This document shows, one piece after another, positions 29,914-39,650 of a DNA stretch of 64,000 bases. The DNA lies in IMG/VR virus record IMGVR_UViG_3300009376_000001. One strand, written 5' to 3'. Position numbers and translations under genes: made by a program. The DNA is from a virus. The notes beneath the pieces are model-generated. The model did no database searches. It was not told the origin of the DNA and saw nothing but the letters and a program-made list of their open reading frames with translations. The number at the start of each line of letters is the position of its first letter. Within the stretch, counting starts at the first letter, position 1.

Positions 29914-31044
29914 CTATGCATCGGTTTCGTATTGACCAGTAAAAACCATTGAAAATGCCCTATCATCTATATGAGAGTAATTAAGTGGTTGCACACCTTG
30001 ATATGTTGACCATTTATGTAAAATCACATATGCAGTATTAGCATTTACCATACCAGTGATATTTTGACTTGCTGAACCTGTATTAGATAGAGTAGCTCCA
30101 TAAGAATAGGAACAACATATAGCATAATTAAAACCAGTTCCTGTTGAAGCAGCAAATGGTAAACCATCAATTTTTGCTTGGCTACCATCAGCTAATGTAC
30201 TACTGTCTAGATTAGACGCAATATATATTTGAATAGTGACCCATCTTCCTATTTTCACATAACGTCCAACTTGATTTGTGTACGTTTGGCCTTCGCTATT
30301 ACTATAAGACCAATCTTGAAATACAGGTGTAAACGTACCTTCTTCATAGTCATCAAGAGTATTAGCATTTGAAGAAAGAGTAACGGAAGCAGGAAAAGTT
30401 ATGTTTCCAGTACCATTTTGAAAAGTAATATTTTGTGCTGATATATCGGAATTCATAATTAAACCAGCACCAATCGTTAGTTGTTTAGCACCGTCAGCAT
30501 AAAAAGCCAGATTATTGGCAGTTAATTCTTGAATATATGTATTACTGCCACCGTCAAAAAATATCTTGCTTTGTGCAGGAACAGATAAATGTGTACCATC
30601 AAATGTCAGATTGGCTTCACCATTTAACGTATTAGCAGTACCAGAACCAGTTATAACCCTATTATCAGCATTACTATTAATGGTTGTTCCAGCTGCAGCT
30701 GCCCAGGTCAGCACACCTGAGCCATTAGTCTGTAAAAATTCGTCTGCATTTCCGTCGTTTAAGGGCAAAGTAAAGGTATAATCGGCAGCTAAACTAGCAT
30801 TAGTTTTGATAGCAATATAATTTGCACCTTCATAAAACCTTAATTCCTTCTCATCACCAGTTAAATGAAGATAACCAGTAGCCGTGACGTTATTTAGACC
30901 AGTAATATTATTGGAGGCATCAACAAGAACTCCACTATTAACTAACGTCTTTCCACCGGTCCCTGACCACTTAACTACCGCAGTATCGGTACTACTGCCA
31001 GGAAAAGTAGCTGCAGGATCATGATTTATTGCTGTATTAGCCAT
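29914..31044 (-). CDS. Fibre protein with LDDYEEGTFTP tip domain
   Basis: N-terminal ~140 aa near-identical to 36817..38175; LDDYEEGT, GRYVKIG and GLPF tip motifs. Confidence 0.75.
   Translation of the reverse strand: MANTAINHDPAATFPGSSTDTAVVKWSGTGGKTLVNSGVLVDASNNITGLNNVTATGYLHLTGDEKELRFYEGANYIAIKTNASLAADYTFTLPLNDGNADEFLQTNGSGVLTWAAAAGTTINSNADNRVITGSGTANTLNGEANLTFDGTHLSVPAQSKIFFDGGSNTYIQELTANNLAFYADGAKQLTIGAGLIMNSDISAQNITFQNGTGNITFPASVTLSSNANTLDDYEEGTFTPVFQDWSYSNSEGQTYTNQVGRYVKIGRWVTIQIYIASNLDSSTLADGSQAKIDGLPFAASTGTGFNYAICCSYSYGATLSNTGSASQNITGMVNANTAYVILHKWSTYQGVQPLNYSHIDDRAFSMVFTGQYETDA
30640..31044 (-). repeat. Copy 1 of a ~400-bp near-identical duplication (copy 2 at ~37770..38175)
   Basis: For example TAATTCCTTCTCATCACCAGTTAAATGAAGATA and CCAGTAGCCGTGACGTTATTTAGACCAGTAA occur in both. 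Confidence 0.8.
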
Positions 31045-31047
31045 TAA

Positions 31048-31305
31048 TTATTCCTTAGGTAAGCCTTCGGGCCATTTTGCTTTGAGTTGTTCGGGCGTAT
31101 CGACGCCCGTGGTTATATCGAATGTTTGTGGTATATCTCGGAGGTTTTGTTTCTCGGTTTTAATGGTTGCCTGAGCATCCGCGTTCCCATCTTCGACCGC
31201 CCGCATAAACGTAATATCTTTGGCCGCCAGTTCTCGGTCGCGAATTGCTCTAATATTGTTCATGTGTATCATTCGTGCTTTTGCCATATTCACAGTAATC
31301 GCCAA
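31048..31305 (-). CDS. Fibre assembly chaperone-like protein (matches the C-half of 39099..39650)
   Basis: VNM.KAR..HM..IR..R..EL...D...KQ.LRDIP.TFDITT.VDTPE.LKAKWP; TTG start with GGAG RBS. Confidence 0.7.
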   Translation of the reverse strand: MAITVNMAKARMIHMNNIRAIRDRELAAKDITFMRAVEDGNADAQATIKTEKQNLRDIPQTFDITTGVDTPEQLKAKWPEGLPKE

Positions 31306-31307
31306 TT

Positions 31308-31703
31308 TCAACTCCACTCCCAAGAGTTTCTAAAATACCTGTCCGTTGGAATCTCGGTGTCCTCGGCTATTTGGTATGATGTGCAATCATCCGGTATCGT
31401 AAAATCTGCCATTATCACAATGGCCTCTGATTCGCTTAAACCGCCGCGAACCAAACCTTCGACAAATCTTCTCGCCTTTATTTCTCGGTCGGAACCCTTT
31501 TTAGAAGTTAAAAAGTTTTCCCAACTGACTGCGTATGCTTTTTCTGAGTCAGAATCCGATCCTATCAAATGTTTCGCAATCTCTTGTTCGATTCTTGATT
31601 CTTGTATAAATTCACCACTACCAGTTAAAGCGTCAAGAATGACCGGCGAAATATGCCCAATTGCGACCGAATTATCCTCCCTCAAAAACACTATGACTTT
31701 CAT
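31308..31703 (-). CDS. Fibre-associated protein
   Basis: Ends IPTDRYFRNSWEWS; directly precedes the chaperone gene. Confidence 0.65.
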   Translation of the reverse strand: MKVIVFLREDNSVAIGHISPVILDALTGSGEFIQESRIEQEIAKHLIGSDSDSEKAYAVSWENFLTSKKGSDREIKARRFVEGLVRGGLSESEAIVIMADFTIPDDCTSYQIAEDTEIPTDRYFRNSWEWS

Positions 31704-33299
31704 TTATTGATCTCCGAAGGCGGCAAAACCTTGTTGATGATCTGAGGTAATCGAACCCTCTTTCCCCGCAAACAATCGCAGTTTGGAAGCCGTCTTTTGA
31801 TATCCCCAGGAATTATATACAGCGTCATTATCCCCCATCACATAAGTGGCTGCGCCGTAATTAGCAGAAGAAAAAGCGGTCGTATAATTAAATTCAACGT
31901 CGCCGTTTCCGTTGTCCGTTAACGATCCAACGTTATAATTAGCGAGTAAAGTCGCACCGTCGGCGGACGCTTCCCCCCATGCCTTAGCTACCCCAGGAGA
32001 ATCCTTAACTAAATCAGGGGGAACATAGGTATCTTCATTAGTTTCAGCTTCCATTGCTGCTTTAGTTGCTTGAGAAGGGCCAGAACTGACAGCAGCCCAC
32101 GTTAATCCACCCGCATTTCCACTTTGTTTAGATAAAAATTCTCCATTATTACCAGCATTTGAGATATGAAGATTATCTTCATCCACCGATTGGCTAGACA
32201 TATGTTCAAGGTCAATACTTCCAGCAGCATAATGCTGTGAATCAATCGCATCATTAGCAATACTAATTGTAGCTGCTCCATTAGCTCCTGCATCAGTTAA
32301 TGTAATACCTGATCCCGCAGCTAATGTTCGTTCAGACGTTAATGAACCATTAGTACTCAACGTGACATAAGTAGCATCATTAGGGGCATTTGTTTGCACA
32401 CCCGTAGATATTATCTCCCCACGATAGTGAAGAAGTACCATCCTAGCATTTTGAGAAGTAACTAACGCTACAGGCTTAGAAACTTGACCAGCCGTGCTAG
32501 GTTCAGTCGCCGTTAACAGCCCTGCCGTAGTCTGGGACAAGAACAGAACCGTTCCCGCTGCTACGTTAGCTGCTGAAATGGCACCACCTGTAGCAATCTC
32601 TCCATTAAGAGTAATAGTAAAGTCATTACCCGATACTGAAGTTACTACTCCGACAACTTCAGAATTCGCTGCCGAATCAGCTTGTGCTTTAGCATAAGTA
32701 TCATTACCAGTAACCTTTACGGCTTCGCCTACAGCTAATCCATGACTACTTTGAGTAACTGCAATCTGGAAATCGCCTGTAATTGCAGCCTGTACAAAGG
32801 CAGTAGTGGCGATTCTAGTCGAATCATTGCCAGAAGTTTGAGTTACAGCAGTAGCATTTCCAGTAATAGCCGGAGCAGTAAAAAGATTCGCAACAGTCAT
32901 CTCTTTAACGGCCCCAGCCGACGAATCATGAACCAGTACACTATCACCTGTAGCAGGAGCAGCACCTAAATCAGTAGCATTAGTGATAGCTGTAGCAGTA
33001 ATAGCATCCGCCATACTACTTATTCCGCCTACATCACCTAATTCCACTCCCCAGAAACTAGCACCAGCTAAAGGAGCAGATCCGAAAGTGATTGTAGAGC
33101 CAGAAACTGTGAAAGCAGACCCTGGTTCTTGCATTACACCATCAACAGCAATCATTAAGGTAGCATCACGAACAACATAAATATTAGAACTACTTACCTG
33201 AAGGGTAAAAGCAACAGTACTTCCGTTAAAGCCGGAAGAAATGTCATCTAATATTCGAAATGCACCTGATTTACTAGGTGCTCGTCCTATATAAGGCAT
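31704..33299 (-). CDS. Mosaic fibre protein
   Basis: MPYIG module, QSSHG..RGE module, DATYVTL module, connector and SPGVAKAW tip. Confidence 0.75.
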   Translation of the reverse strand: MPYIGRAPSKSGAFRILDDISSGFNGSTVAFTLQVSSSNIYVVRDATLMIAVDGVMQEPGSAFTVSGSTITFGSAPLAGASFWGVELGDVGGISSMADAITATAITNATDLGAAPATGDSVLVHDSSAGAVKEMTVANLFTAPAITGNATAVTQTSGNDSTRIATTAFVQAAITGDFQIAVTQSSHGLAVGEAVKVTGNDTYAKAQADSAANSEVVGVVTSVSGNDFTITLNGEIATGGAISAANVAAGTVLFLSQTTAGLLTATEPSTAGQVSKPVALVTSQNARMVLLHYRGEIISTGVQTNAPNDATYVTLSTNGSLTSERTLAAGSGITLTDAGANGAATISIANDAIDSQHYAAGSIDLEHMSSQSVDEDNLHISNAGNNGEFLSKQSGNAGGLTWAAVSSGPSQATKAAMEAETNEDTYVPPDLVKDSPGVAKAWGEASADGATLLANYNVGSLTDNGNGDVEFNYTTAFSSANYGAATYVMGDNDAVYNSWGYQKTASKLRLFAGKEGSITSDHQQGFAAFGDQ

Positions 33300-33310
33300 T
33301 ACTTATCCTC

Positions 33311-33445
33311 TTATCTCATCCTCATAAGCTCTTTCATCTCTTCAAACGTAATACTGTCATCTGCTAATTTAGCTTCTAAAATCTCTAGTCTTGCTATACG
33401 TTCATTTCGTACAATAGCAGCTTGAGCCTCTTCTTCTTCAGTCAT
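33311..33445 (-). CDS. 44-aa KLAxDSIxF family protein (not in the ORF track)
   Basis: MTEEEEAQAAIVRNERIARLEILEAKLADDSITFEEMKELMRMR, with AGGA RBS; paralog of 28464 and 38179. Confidence 0.8.
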   Translation of the reverse strand: MTEEEEAQAAIVRNERIARLEILEAKLADDSITFEEMKELMRMR

Positions 33446-33455
33446 TAATCATCCT

Positions 33456-34832
33456 TTATGCTACTAACATACCTTCCCACCTTGAGTGGATATTGGTTGA
33501 ACCATTAATATCAACAGTCTTACTACCATTGCTAATTTTCAAGTCAACAACAACACCTTGTCCAGCATTCAAATCCATCATACAAGTGATTGATATTGGC
33601 GTGAAACTATTTGTTCCTGTAACCCCCGCATTGTAGGGGTCAAAATAATTTATATATTCTAACCACGGGGATGATGTTGTTTTAATTCTAATGTAACCTT
33701 CATCGTGACTAGATGAAATGCCTGTTAATGTTAATGCTGCTTCAAACCAGTATATTCCATCTACGGGAGCAGTAAAGGTAGAACCGCTTAAATTTGCACC
33801 GTAGTCCCAAAGCTCAGTATCCCAAACAACTACATAACCATCGTGATTTCCAGTTATATTAGAGATAGTAGAAGTAACTCTTGTTCCAAAACAAGGACTT
33901 TTAGGCTTATTAATAGAACCGTCCTCATTAAGAGTTAGTGCTAGTACTTCACCTGTTGCTCCATCTGGAACGGTATAAAAACGCATTTTTGAACCACGAT
34001 TGCTTGCACTCCATGCGTTATCAACACTATCGACTCTAATTCTAGCCCCTAACTCAAATGAATCTCCATCAGATGCTAGAAAATCTATTGCTCCTAAAAT
34101 CTCATTGGCCTCTAAAGTGGTATGACTACCTTTTGTAGCGTTATTAGATTTTTGTAAAACTAATCGAGCAGGATAATTGCTAGTAGTATATGCTTCGACT
34201 CTTAATCCAGTAGTAGCTGTTCCTGCTGTTCTAATGGCAAGAGCAGAAGCGTCCCAAGTAAAATCTGCACTTCCCCCGAAAGCACTACTGTTATTAAATT
34301 GAACATGTGTATTTGACCCACCTGGGCTTCCACCACCAGTAGCAGCAATAGTTAAATTATCTCCAGATGGAGTCAAAGTAATATTGGACCCAGCTACTAT
34401 AGTTAGATCATCAGCACTACCAGTACTAGGGGTTAATCGTAAAATAGCATCATTAGTAGAATCTACCCAACTAGTGCTGTAAGTAGTATTAGTATCAGCA
34501 GAAACAGAGGCCCATTCTAATACGCCTGCTCCACCACTATAGGAAGTAACCTTCAGATAATCATTAGCTGAAGGGACCGCTGCCGGAAGAGCCATTGTAT
34601 AAGACGTACTAACAGTGGCTGGAGACTCTAAAGCTATATAGTGGGACGAATCAGCATCTGAAAATCTAATCTCGCCCCGTGTAAGGAGAGTTAGATTACT
34701 ACCATCACTAGTAATACCAGTTATATTTCCAAAACTACCCGCACTGGTATCACCCCAGCGTACTAAACCATTATTAGTCGTACTACCTGGGAGTGTTAAG
34801 GCAGATGCATGATCAAATGCCGTATTAGCCAT
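33456..34832 (-). CDS. Fibre protein with C1q-like C-terminal domain
   Basis: H...PGST N-module, PGGS.T.VQFN motif, V.WD.E.WD...TFTAPVDGIYWF C1q signature. Confidence 0.7.
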   Translation of the reverse strand: MANTAFDHASALTLPGSTTNNGLVRWGDTSAGSFGNITGITSDGSNLTLLTRGEIRFSDADSSHYIALESPATVSTSYTMALPAAVPSANDYLKVTSYSGGAGVLEWASVSADTNTTYSTSWVDSTNDAILRLTPSTGSADDLTIVAGSNITLTPSGDNLTIAATGGGSPGGSNTHVQFNNSSAFGGSADFTWDASALAIRTAGTATTGLRVEAYTTSNYPARLVLQKSNNATKGSHTTLEANEILGAIDFLASDGDSFELGARIRVDSVDNAWSASNRGSKMRFYTVPDGATGEVLALTLNEDGSINKPKSPCFGTRVTSTISNITGNHDGYVVVWDTELWDYGANLSGSTFTAPVDGIYWFEAALTLTGISSSHDEGYIRIKTTSSPWLEYINYFDPYNAGVTGTNSFTPISITCMMDLNAGQGVVVDLKISNGSKTVDINGSTNIHSRWEGMLVA

Positions 34833-34846
34833 TTATTACTCCCTTA

Positions 34847-36532
34847 TTACCTACTAAACATTACGGATAAATTTACTGCTTCCCATCCAGTACTACCAGC
34901 AGTCCAATCTAATGAACACCCATCACTAGTAATAGTGCAAGTAGCTGATAATGACCATGTCCCATTAGAAATATGGACAATCTTTCCATTTCTAGCCCCA
35001 TAATAGCCATTAGACTGTAAACTAGTACAGAACTCAGAATCATCTTCGTCAGAATGACCTATAGATGAGCCACCAGTAGTAGTGCCTGTAGAAGCAATAA
35101 TCTCCACTTTTGTTGGCGTAAACCCTGCTCCTGTAATAGATTGGGGGTCACTAGTAGTTCCTTGAGTATAAGAGGTATAAACTCTCTTTGTACTTAAAGC
35201 ACTACTAGCAGCAGCCCAAGTTAATCCACCAGTATTTCCCGATTGTGCTGATAAAAACTGTCCATTGGTAGGTGCGTTACTAACTTTTAAATTCGCTTCA
35301 TCTATTATATTATCGGTGATTGAAACAACCCCAGCATTAGTCATAGTGGCCTCACCACTCAAAGCTGCTGCGGTAAATCCAGTACCATCACCAATAAGTA
35401 TCTGTGTGTCAGCTACCGCTTTATCACTTGCATCACCAGAAGAGTTAGCATCTCTAACTTTAACCGTATTAGCTGCCATATTTGCTAATTTAGCATTAGT
35501 AACAGCATCATCAGCTATCGCAGCCGTACTAGCACCAATAACTTCACCACGATATGGAAGTAAAAGCATCTTAGCGTTCTGCGTAGTGACTATTCCGACA
35601 GGTTTAGAGATCTGTCCAGTGGTTGATGGCTCTGTAGCTGTTAAATCACCTGCCGCTGAAGCACTTAAGAAGACAACTGTACCTGCTGCTACATCTGGAA
35701 CGGCTGCAGCGACATCAATCTCACCAGCTATGGTTAATGTGAAGTTATTAATATCCGCAACAACGGTCACAATACCAATAACTTCGGCATTTGCGGCTGA
35801 ATCAGCCTGTGCAGTAGCATATGCACCAGCAGAACCACTGGATTTAAGTACTTTTCCTACCGCAAAACCATGACTAGACTGTGTCACAGCATAAGAAGTG
35901 CTATTAAATCCTGTTATAGTGCCACTATTCGCTAAAGTAGCCCCGGAATCAATGGATAAAGTGGACCCATTAAGCACATTTAGTGTATTTGCAGTGAATC
36001 TGAAGTCATCAGCACCCGAAATCTGTACATCGATCTGATCATCGGTGTTTGCATGTATAGATGTATCCCCATCTACATCTAAAATCAGTTCTGAACCATT
36101 CACATCCCATGATTCTGTTGCAGATGAGATAACTTCACCACGATAGTTAACCATCAACATCTCAGAATTAGCAGTAGTGACTACAGCAACGGGTTTGGAG
36201 ATCTGAGCAGCCGTAGTAGGCTCAGTTGAGGTTAAATCCCCCGCACTAGAGGCAGATAAAAACAAAACAGACCCAGCAGTGACATTAGGAACAGCCCCAT
36301 CAACGGTAATTCGGCCTGAAAGGGCCATAGTGAAGGTATTTGCATCAATAACCTGGACAACAATGCCTACAACTTCAGCATTTGCAGCAGTATTAGCTAA
36401 AGCAGTAGCATAAGTACCATCAGAGCCACTGGATTTCAGTACTTTTCCAACTGTAAACCCGTGGCTTGACTGTGTAATCGTGACTAAATCGGCCCCACCC
36501 GAAAGTGAGGCTCCAATCTTAGTTAGGGTCAT
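34847..36532 (-). CDS. Mosaic fibre protein with two QSSHG modules
   Basis: Two QSSHGF.VG...RGEVI repeats, connector, TGAGFTP tip. Confidence 0.75.
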   Translation of the reverse strand: MTLTKIGASLSGGADLVTITQSSHGFTVGKVLKSSGSDGTYATALANTAANAEVVGIVVQVIDANTFTMALSGRITVDGAVPNVTAGSVLFLSASSAGDLTSTEPTTAAQISKPVAVVTTANSEMLMVNYRGEVISSATESWDVNGSELILDVDGDTSIHANTDDQIDVQISGADDFRFTANTLNVLNGSTLSIDSGATLANSGTITGFNSTSYAVTQSSHGFAVGKVLKSSGSAGAYATAQADSAANAEVIGIVTVVADINNFTLTIAGEIDVAAAVPDVAAGTVVFLSASAAGDLTATEPSTTGQISKPVGIVTTQNAKMLLLPYRGEVIGASTAAIADDAVTNAKLANMAANTVKVRDANSSGDASDKAVADTQILIGDGTGFTAAALSGEATMTNAGVVSITDNIIDEANLKVSNAPTNGQFLSAQSGNTGGLTWAAASSALSTKRVYTSYTQGTTSDPQSITGAGFTPTKVEIIASTGTTTGGSSIGHSDEDDSEFCTSLQSNGYYGARNGKIVHISNGTWSLSATCTITSDGCSLDWTAGSTGWEAVNLSVMFSR

Positions 36533-36566
36533 GCAGAATGCTCCAAGTTATCACTTTAGCCTATCT

Positions 36567-36575
36567 ATTTTACCA
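36567..36575 (-). promoter_or_regulatory. Extended -10 promoter candidate (TGGTAAAAT)
   Basis: Intergenic; shares TATTTATGGTA.AATA with 28437. Confidence 0.5.
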
Positions 36576-36600
36576 TAAATAGAGTTTAATTACTCACGAA

Positions 36601-36816
36601 TTAATGCCATCCCAAAGCAACACCAGTAATAGTCAAAGTGCCATTACCAAATGTAATTAGATCCGTATCAGCAGCCAATCCCATAGTAGTGGCACCGACA
36701 AGAATAGTAGAATCTTGAATCTGATTCCCACCGGTCCCATTCCAACGAACTAGAGCAGTACTAGTGCTACTCCCTGGAACTGTAAAAGGTGGTGCATGTG
36801 CTATTGCTGTAGGCAT
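36601..36816 (-). CDS. Minimal fibre-anchor protein (N-module only)
   Basis: 71 aa homologous to the N-terminus of 28775..29623; AGGAGG RBS. Confidence 0.6.
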   Translation of the reverse strand: MPTAIAHAPPFTVPGSSTSTALVRWNGTGGNQIQDSTILVGATTMGLAADTDLITFGNGTLTITGVALGWH

Positions 36817-38175
36817 CTATCCTCCTAATGCAGTAACTTTAGCGTCCAATTCTTGGACTGCTTTCACTAGTGCCGTAGTAATTTGTGTCATAGTCACTGA
36901 TTTAAGGTCAGGTATACCATTTGGGTCACGTTTACTGCCTGCTTGTTCTTCATCAATATCTATATCAGCAGTCTCAACCGCTTCAGGAATAATTGCCTCT
37001 ACTTCTTGAGCTAGGAACCCATAGAATTTTTGACCAGGCTCTCCCCAACCTTTGCCAGCCATGAAATTATATTTCACAGGACGTAATTGAAGAACTTCAG
37101 CTAATCCTACTGTAGTATCTTCTATATTTTCCTTAATTCGTTGGTCTGAAATATCATTGGTCGCAGAACCGGAGAGAGTTCCATTTGCTGCAATTGTTAA
37201 ACGGGTATATCCAGAAGTTCCAAAGGTCATCTCAGCAGCACTTTCATTTAGAACTTGGAAAGTTCCATTAGACGAACCTTTACCCATATATCCTACTTGA
37301 GTATTATTCTGGTCTTGTATCCGTACCGTACCGTTAGCACCTGTACCCGATTGACTAGTATGTTTAATGTCTATTAAAGCTCCAGCAGCACCTGTATGCT
37401 CTATGAGAAGTGTATTGCCTGCTGCCAAAGTAACGACAGAAGAAGAAATAGTAGTGCGAGTTGTGCCACTAGCACGTAATTGCAAGGTATTATTATTATG
37501 GTCATATAAAACCCCACCTTGCCTATTATCCTGGGGAGAACCAAAGGCTAACTGAGTAGTATTAGCATTTGGAGACATTATGGCAATTCCAGCATTACCA
37601 CTATTTTCAACTACTAATTGCATATCTGTAGATGACGTTAATGAGCCAGCACTTCCTTCCCAAATATGTACTGATGTATGGTCAGGGGTAGGGGGAGAAG
37701 AAGCTAATCCTATCATCATAGCTGTTCCCGTATAGGTAAAAGTAGATTCAGCTTCTAAAGTGCTTGCGGTTCCAGAACCTGTTATAACAAAGTTATTAGC
37801 ATTATTATTAATAGTTGTTCCGGCTGCAGCTGCCCAAGTCAGCACACCTGAGCCATTAGTCTGCAAAAATTCATCCGCTGCCCCATCGTTCAGAGGTAAT
37901 GTAAACGTATAATCAGCACCCAAACCAGAAGGTGCAGCTATAGCAATATAATTTGCGCCTTCATAAAACCGTAATTCCTTCTCATCACCAGTTAAATGAA
38001 GATATCCAGTAGCCGTGACGTTATTTAGACCAGTAACGTTATTAGAACCATCAATAATGACTCCACTATCTAATAATGCGTTTCCACTGGTCCCAGACCA
38101 CTTAACTACAGCAGTATTTGTACTACTGCCAGGAAAAGTAGCTACAGGATCATGATTTATTGCCGTATTAGCCAT
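36817..38175 (-). CDS. Fibre protein with C-terminal intramolecular chaperone (peptidase S74)
   Basis: SDQRIKENI, LRPV.Y, GFLAQEVE..IPEAV, LVKAVQEL. Confidence 0.85.
   Translation of the reverse strand: MANTAINHDPVATFPGSSTNTAVVKWSGTSGNALLDSGVIIDGSNNVTGLNNVTATGYLHLTGDEKELRFYEGANYIAIAAPSGLGADYTFTLPLNDGAADEFLQTNGSGVLTWAAAAGTTINNNANNFVITGSGTASTLEAESTFTYTGTAMMIGLASSPPTPDHTSVHIWEGSAGSLTSSTDMQLVVENSGNAGIAIMSPNANTTQLAFGSPQDNRQGGVLYDHNNNTLQLRASGTTRTTISSSVVTLAAGNTLLIEHTGAAGALIDIKHTSQSGTGANGTVRIQDQNNTQVGYMGKGSSNGTFQVLNESAAEMTFGTSGYTRLTIAANGTLSGSATNDISDQRIKENIEDTTVGLAEVLQLRPVKYNFMAGKGWGEPGQKFYGFLAQEVEAIIPEAVETADIDIDEEQAGSKRDPNGIPDLKSVTMTQITTALVKAVQELDAKVTALGG
37770..38175 (-). repeat. Copy 2 of the ~400-bp duplication
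   Basis: See 30640..31044. Confidence 0.8.
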
Positions 38176-38178
38176 TGA

Positions 38179-38385
38179 TTATCTCCGTAATCTCATAAGT
38201 TCTTTCATTTCGTCAAAAGAAATACTATCGTCAGCCAACTTAGCTTCTAAAACATCTTGTCTTGTTTGAAGTTCATCTCTAGCAGCCATATCGATAGCAA
38301 CTTGAACTTCTTCAGCATCCCTTGTGGTTTCTTCTTCAGGGGTAAATTGAATCATTTCACCATCTATATTATGAAATCTAGGCAT
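38179..38385 (-). CDS. Small KLAxDSIxF family protein
   Basis: Start MPRFHNIDG in a TAATG overlap; C-terminus LEAKLADDSISFDEMKELMRLR. Confidence 0.7.
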   Translation of the reverse strand: MPRFHNIDGEMIQFTPEEETTRDAEEVQVAIDMAARDELQTRQDVLEAKLADDSISFDEMKELMRLRR

Positions 38386-39095
38386 TATGTATGTTTCAAC
38401 CCCCAAACAGTTAACCGTCCAGTAGCGACATTTCCTGAATTTGCCCTAATTTGAATACGGTCTATATCAATAGTTGTATTTCTAGCCCCGATAAATGTAC
38501 CCCCAATCATATTAGCCCCGTAATAAGAAACTCCTTGACCTGTAAACGTAGCCATTGTTGAACCACCGCTTCCTCCATTTCTATATAACCAACAATGAAA
38601 TCCTCCTCCATGCCAAGACTGAGACTGAGAACTCATATAATTAAGGACTAAAATAAATGTAGCCCCTTCACTAGAATACGCAGTATGGGCAGTACTCCCA
38701 GCTTGTAAATATTCTACTGAATACGAATAATCACTTGAACCACTATCTACACCGCTAGAATCTCCACACCTAAGTTGTAATTGTGCTGAATGAGTAGCTA
38801 ATGTAATTTCAGAACCTACTATCAAAAAAGCATCATAGGTATTGGTTAAACCTGTAATAGTGACATCAGAAGCACTAGAGATAGTCGTGGTATTAACAAG
38901 TGTTAAAGCTCCACCGCCAGCAGCAGCCCAAGCGTTATCTCCTCTTAAAAAGGTAGAGTTAGACGCTGTCCCAGAAGCAGATAATTCCGCAACACCAATA
39001 GCATCATCAGCTACTTTTGCATTAGTAACAGCATTATCTGGCAGATCTGTAGCTTGTAATAATTGTCCAGCAGAATTGTATACTTGCCAGGGCAT
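38385..39095 (-). CDS. Short fibre protein (MPW N-module)
   Basis: MPWQVYNS.G.LL N-terminus, ASGTA...TFLRGD..W linker, beta-rich tip. Confidence 0.7.
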   Translation of the reverse strand: MPWQVYNSAGQLLQATDLPDNAVTNAKVADDAIGVAELSASGTASNSTFLRGDNAWAAAGGGALTLVNTTTISSASDVTITGLTNTYDAFLIVGSEITLATHSAQLQLRCGDSSGVDSGSSDYSYSVEYLQAGSTAHTAYSSEGATFILVLNYMSSQSQSWHGGGFHCWLYRNGGSGGSTMATFTGQGVSYYGANMIGGTFIGARNTTIDIDRIQIRANSGNVATGRLTVWGLKHT

Positions 39096-39098
39096 AAA

Positions 39099-39650
39099 TT
39101 ACTCCCTTGCCGGTAATTCGGCAGGCCACTTGGCCTTGAGTTTCTCCGGTGTATCCACGTCGGTAGTGATATCGAAGGTTGCAGGGATGTCTCTCAGAGT
39201 CTGCTTCTTGGTATTTACAGCCTCTTGTGCTGAACTATCTCCAGCTTCTAAAGCCTTGAGCATATTGAGGTCTTCCTTCACCAGTTCCGCGTTTCTGACT
39301 ACCCGAATCTTGTCCATGTGGACGGCCCTGGCTTTCTCCATGTTGACCTTGGGAGTGCCGTCGGTGTCCATCTCCCAGGCTCCTCGTTCAGCACTCTGGT
39401 TGCCATTACTGTCTGGCATACCAGCATATCTGAAATCCTGGCCCGAACACTCAGCGTTGATTTTTGCTGTTTGGTCAGCACTTTCAACGTAATGGTGAGG
39501 ATGGTCGATTGCGATACCATAGCCACCTACCGCAACTAGCCTGGCCCACACACGTTCCAAACATGCTTCTTCGGTTTCTCCCTCTTTATAGGCAGGGGAT
39601 GTAACTCGATAACGTCCTTGCAAATCCACCCATGTAATTACTTTAGGCAT
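39099..39650 (-). CDS. Fibre assembly chaperone-like protein (fused form)
   Basis: C-half homologous to 31048..31305. Confidence 0.7.
   Translation of the reverse strand: MPKVITWVDLQGRYRVTSPAYKEGETEEACLERVWARLVAVGGYGIAIDHPHHYVESADQTAKINAECSGQDFRYAGMPDSNGNQSAERGAWEMDTDGTPKVNMEKARAVHMDKIRVVRNAELVKEDLNMLKALEAGDSSAQEAVNTKKQTLRDIPATFDITTDVDTPEKLKAKWPAELPARE

Noticed and set aside
31290-31330. Read-through or frameshift joining 31308..31703 to 31048..31323
   Set aside because: The frames differ, there is no slippery site or hairpin, and the downstream gene has its own GGAG plus TTG start.
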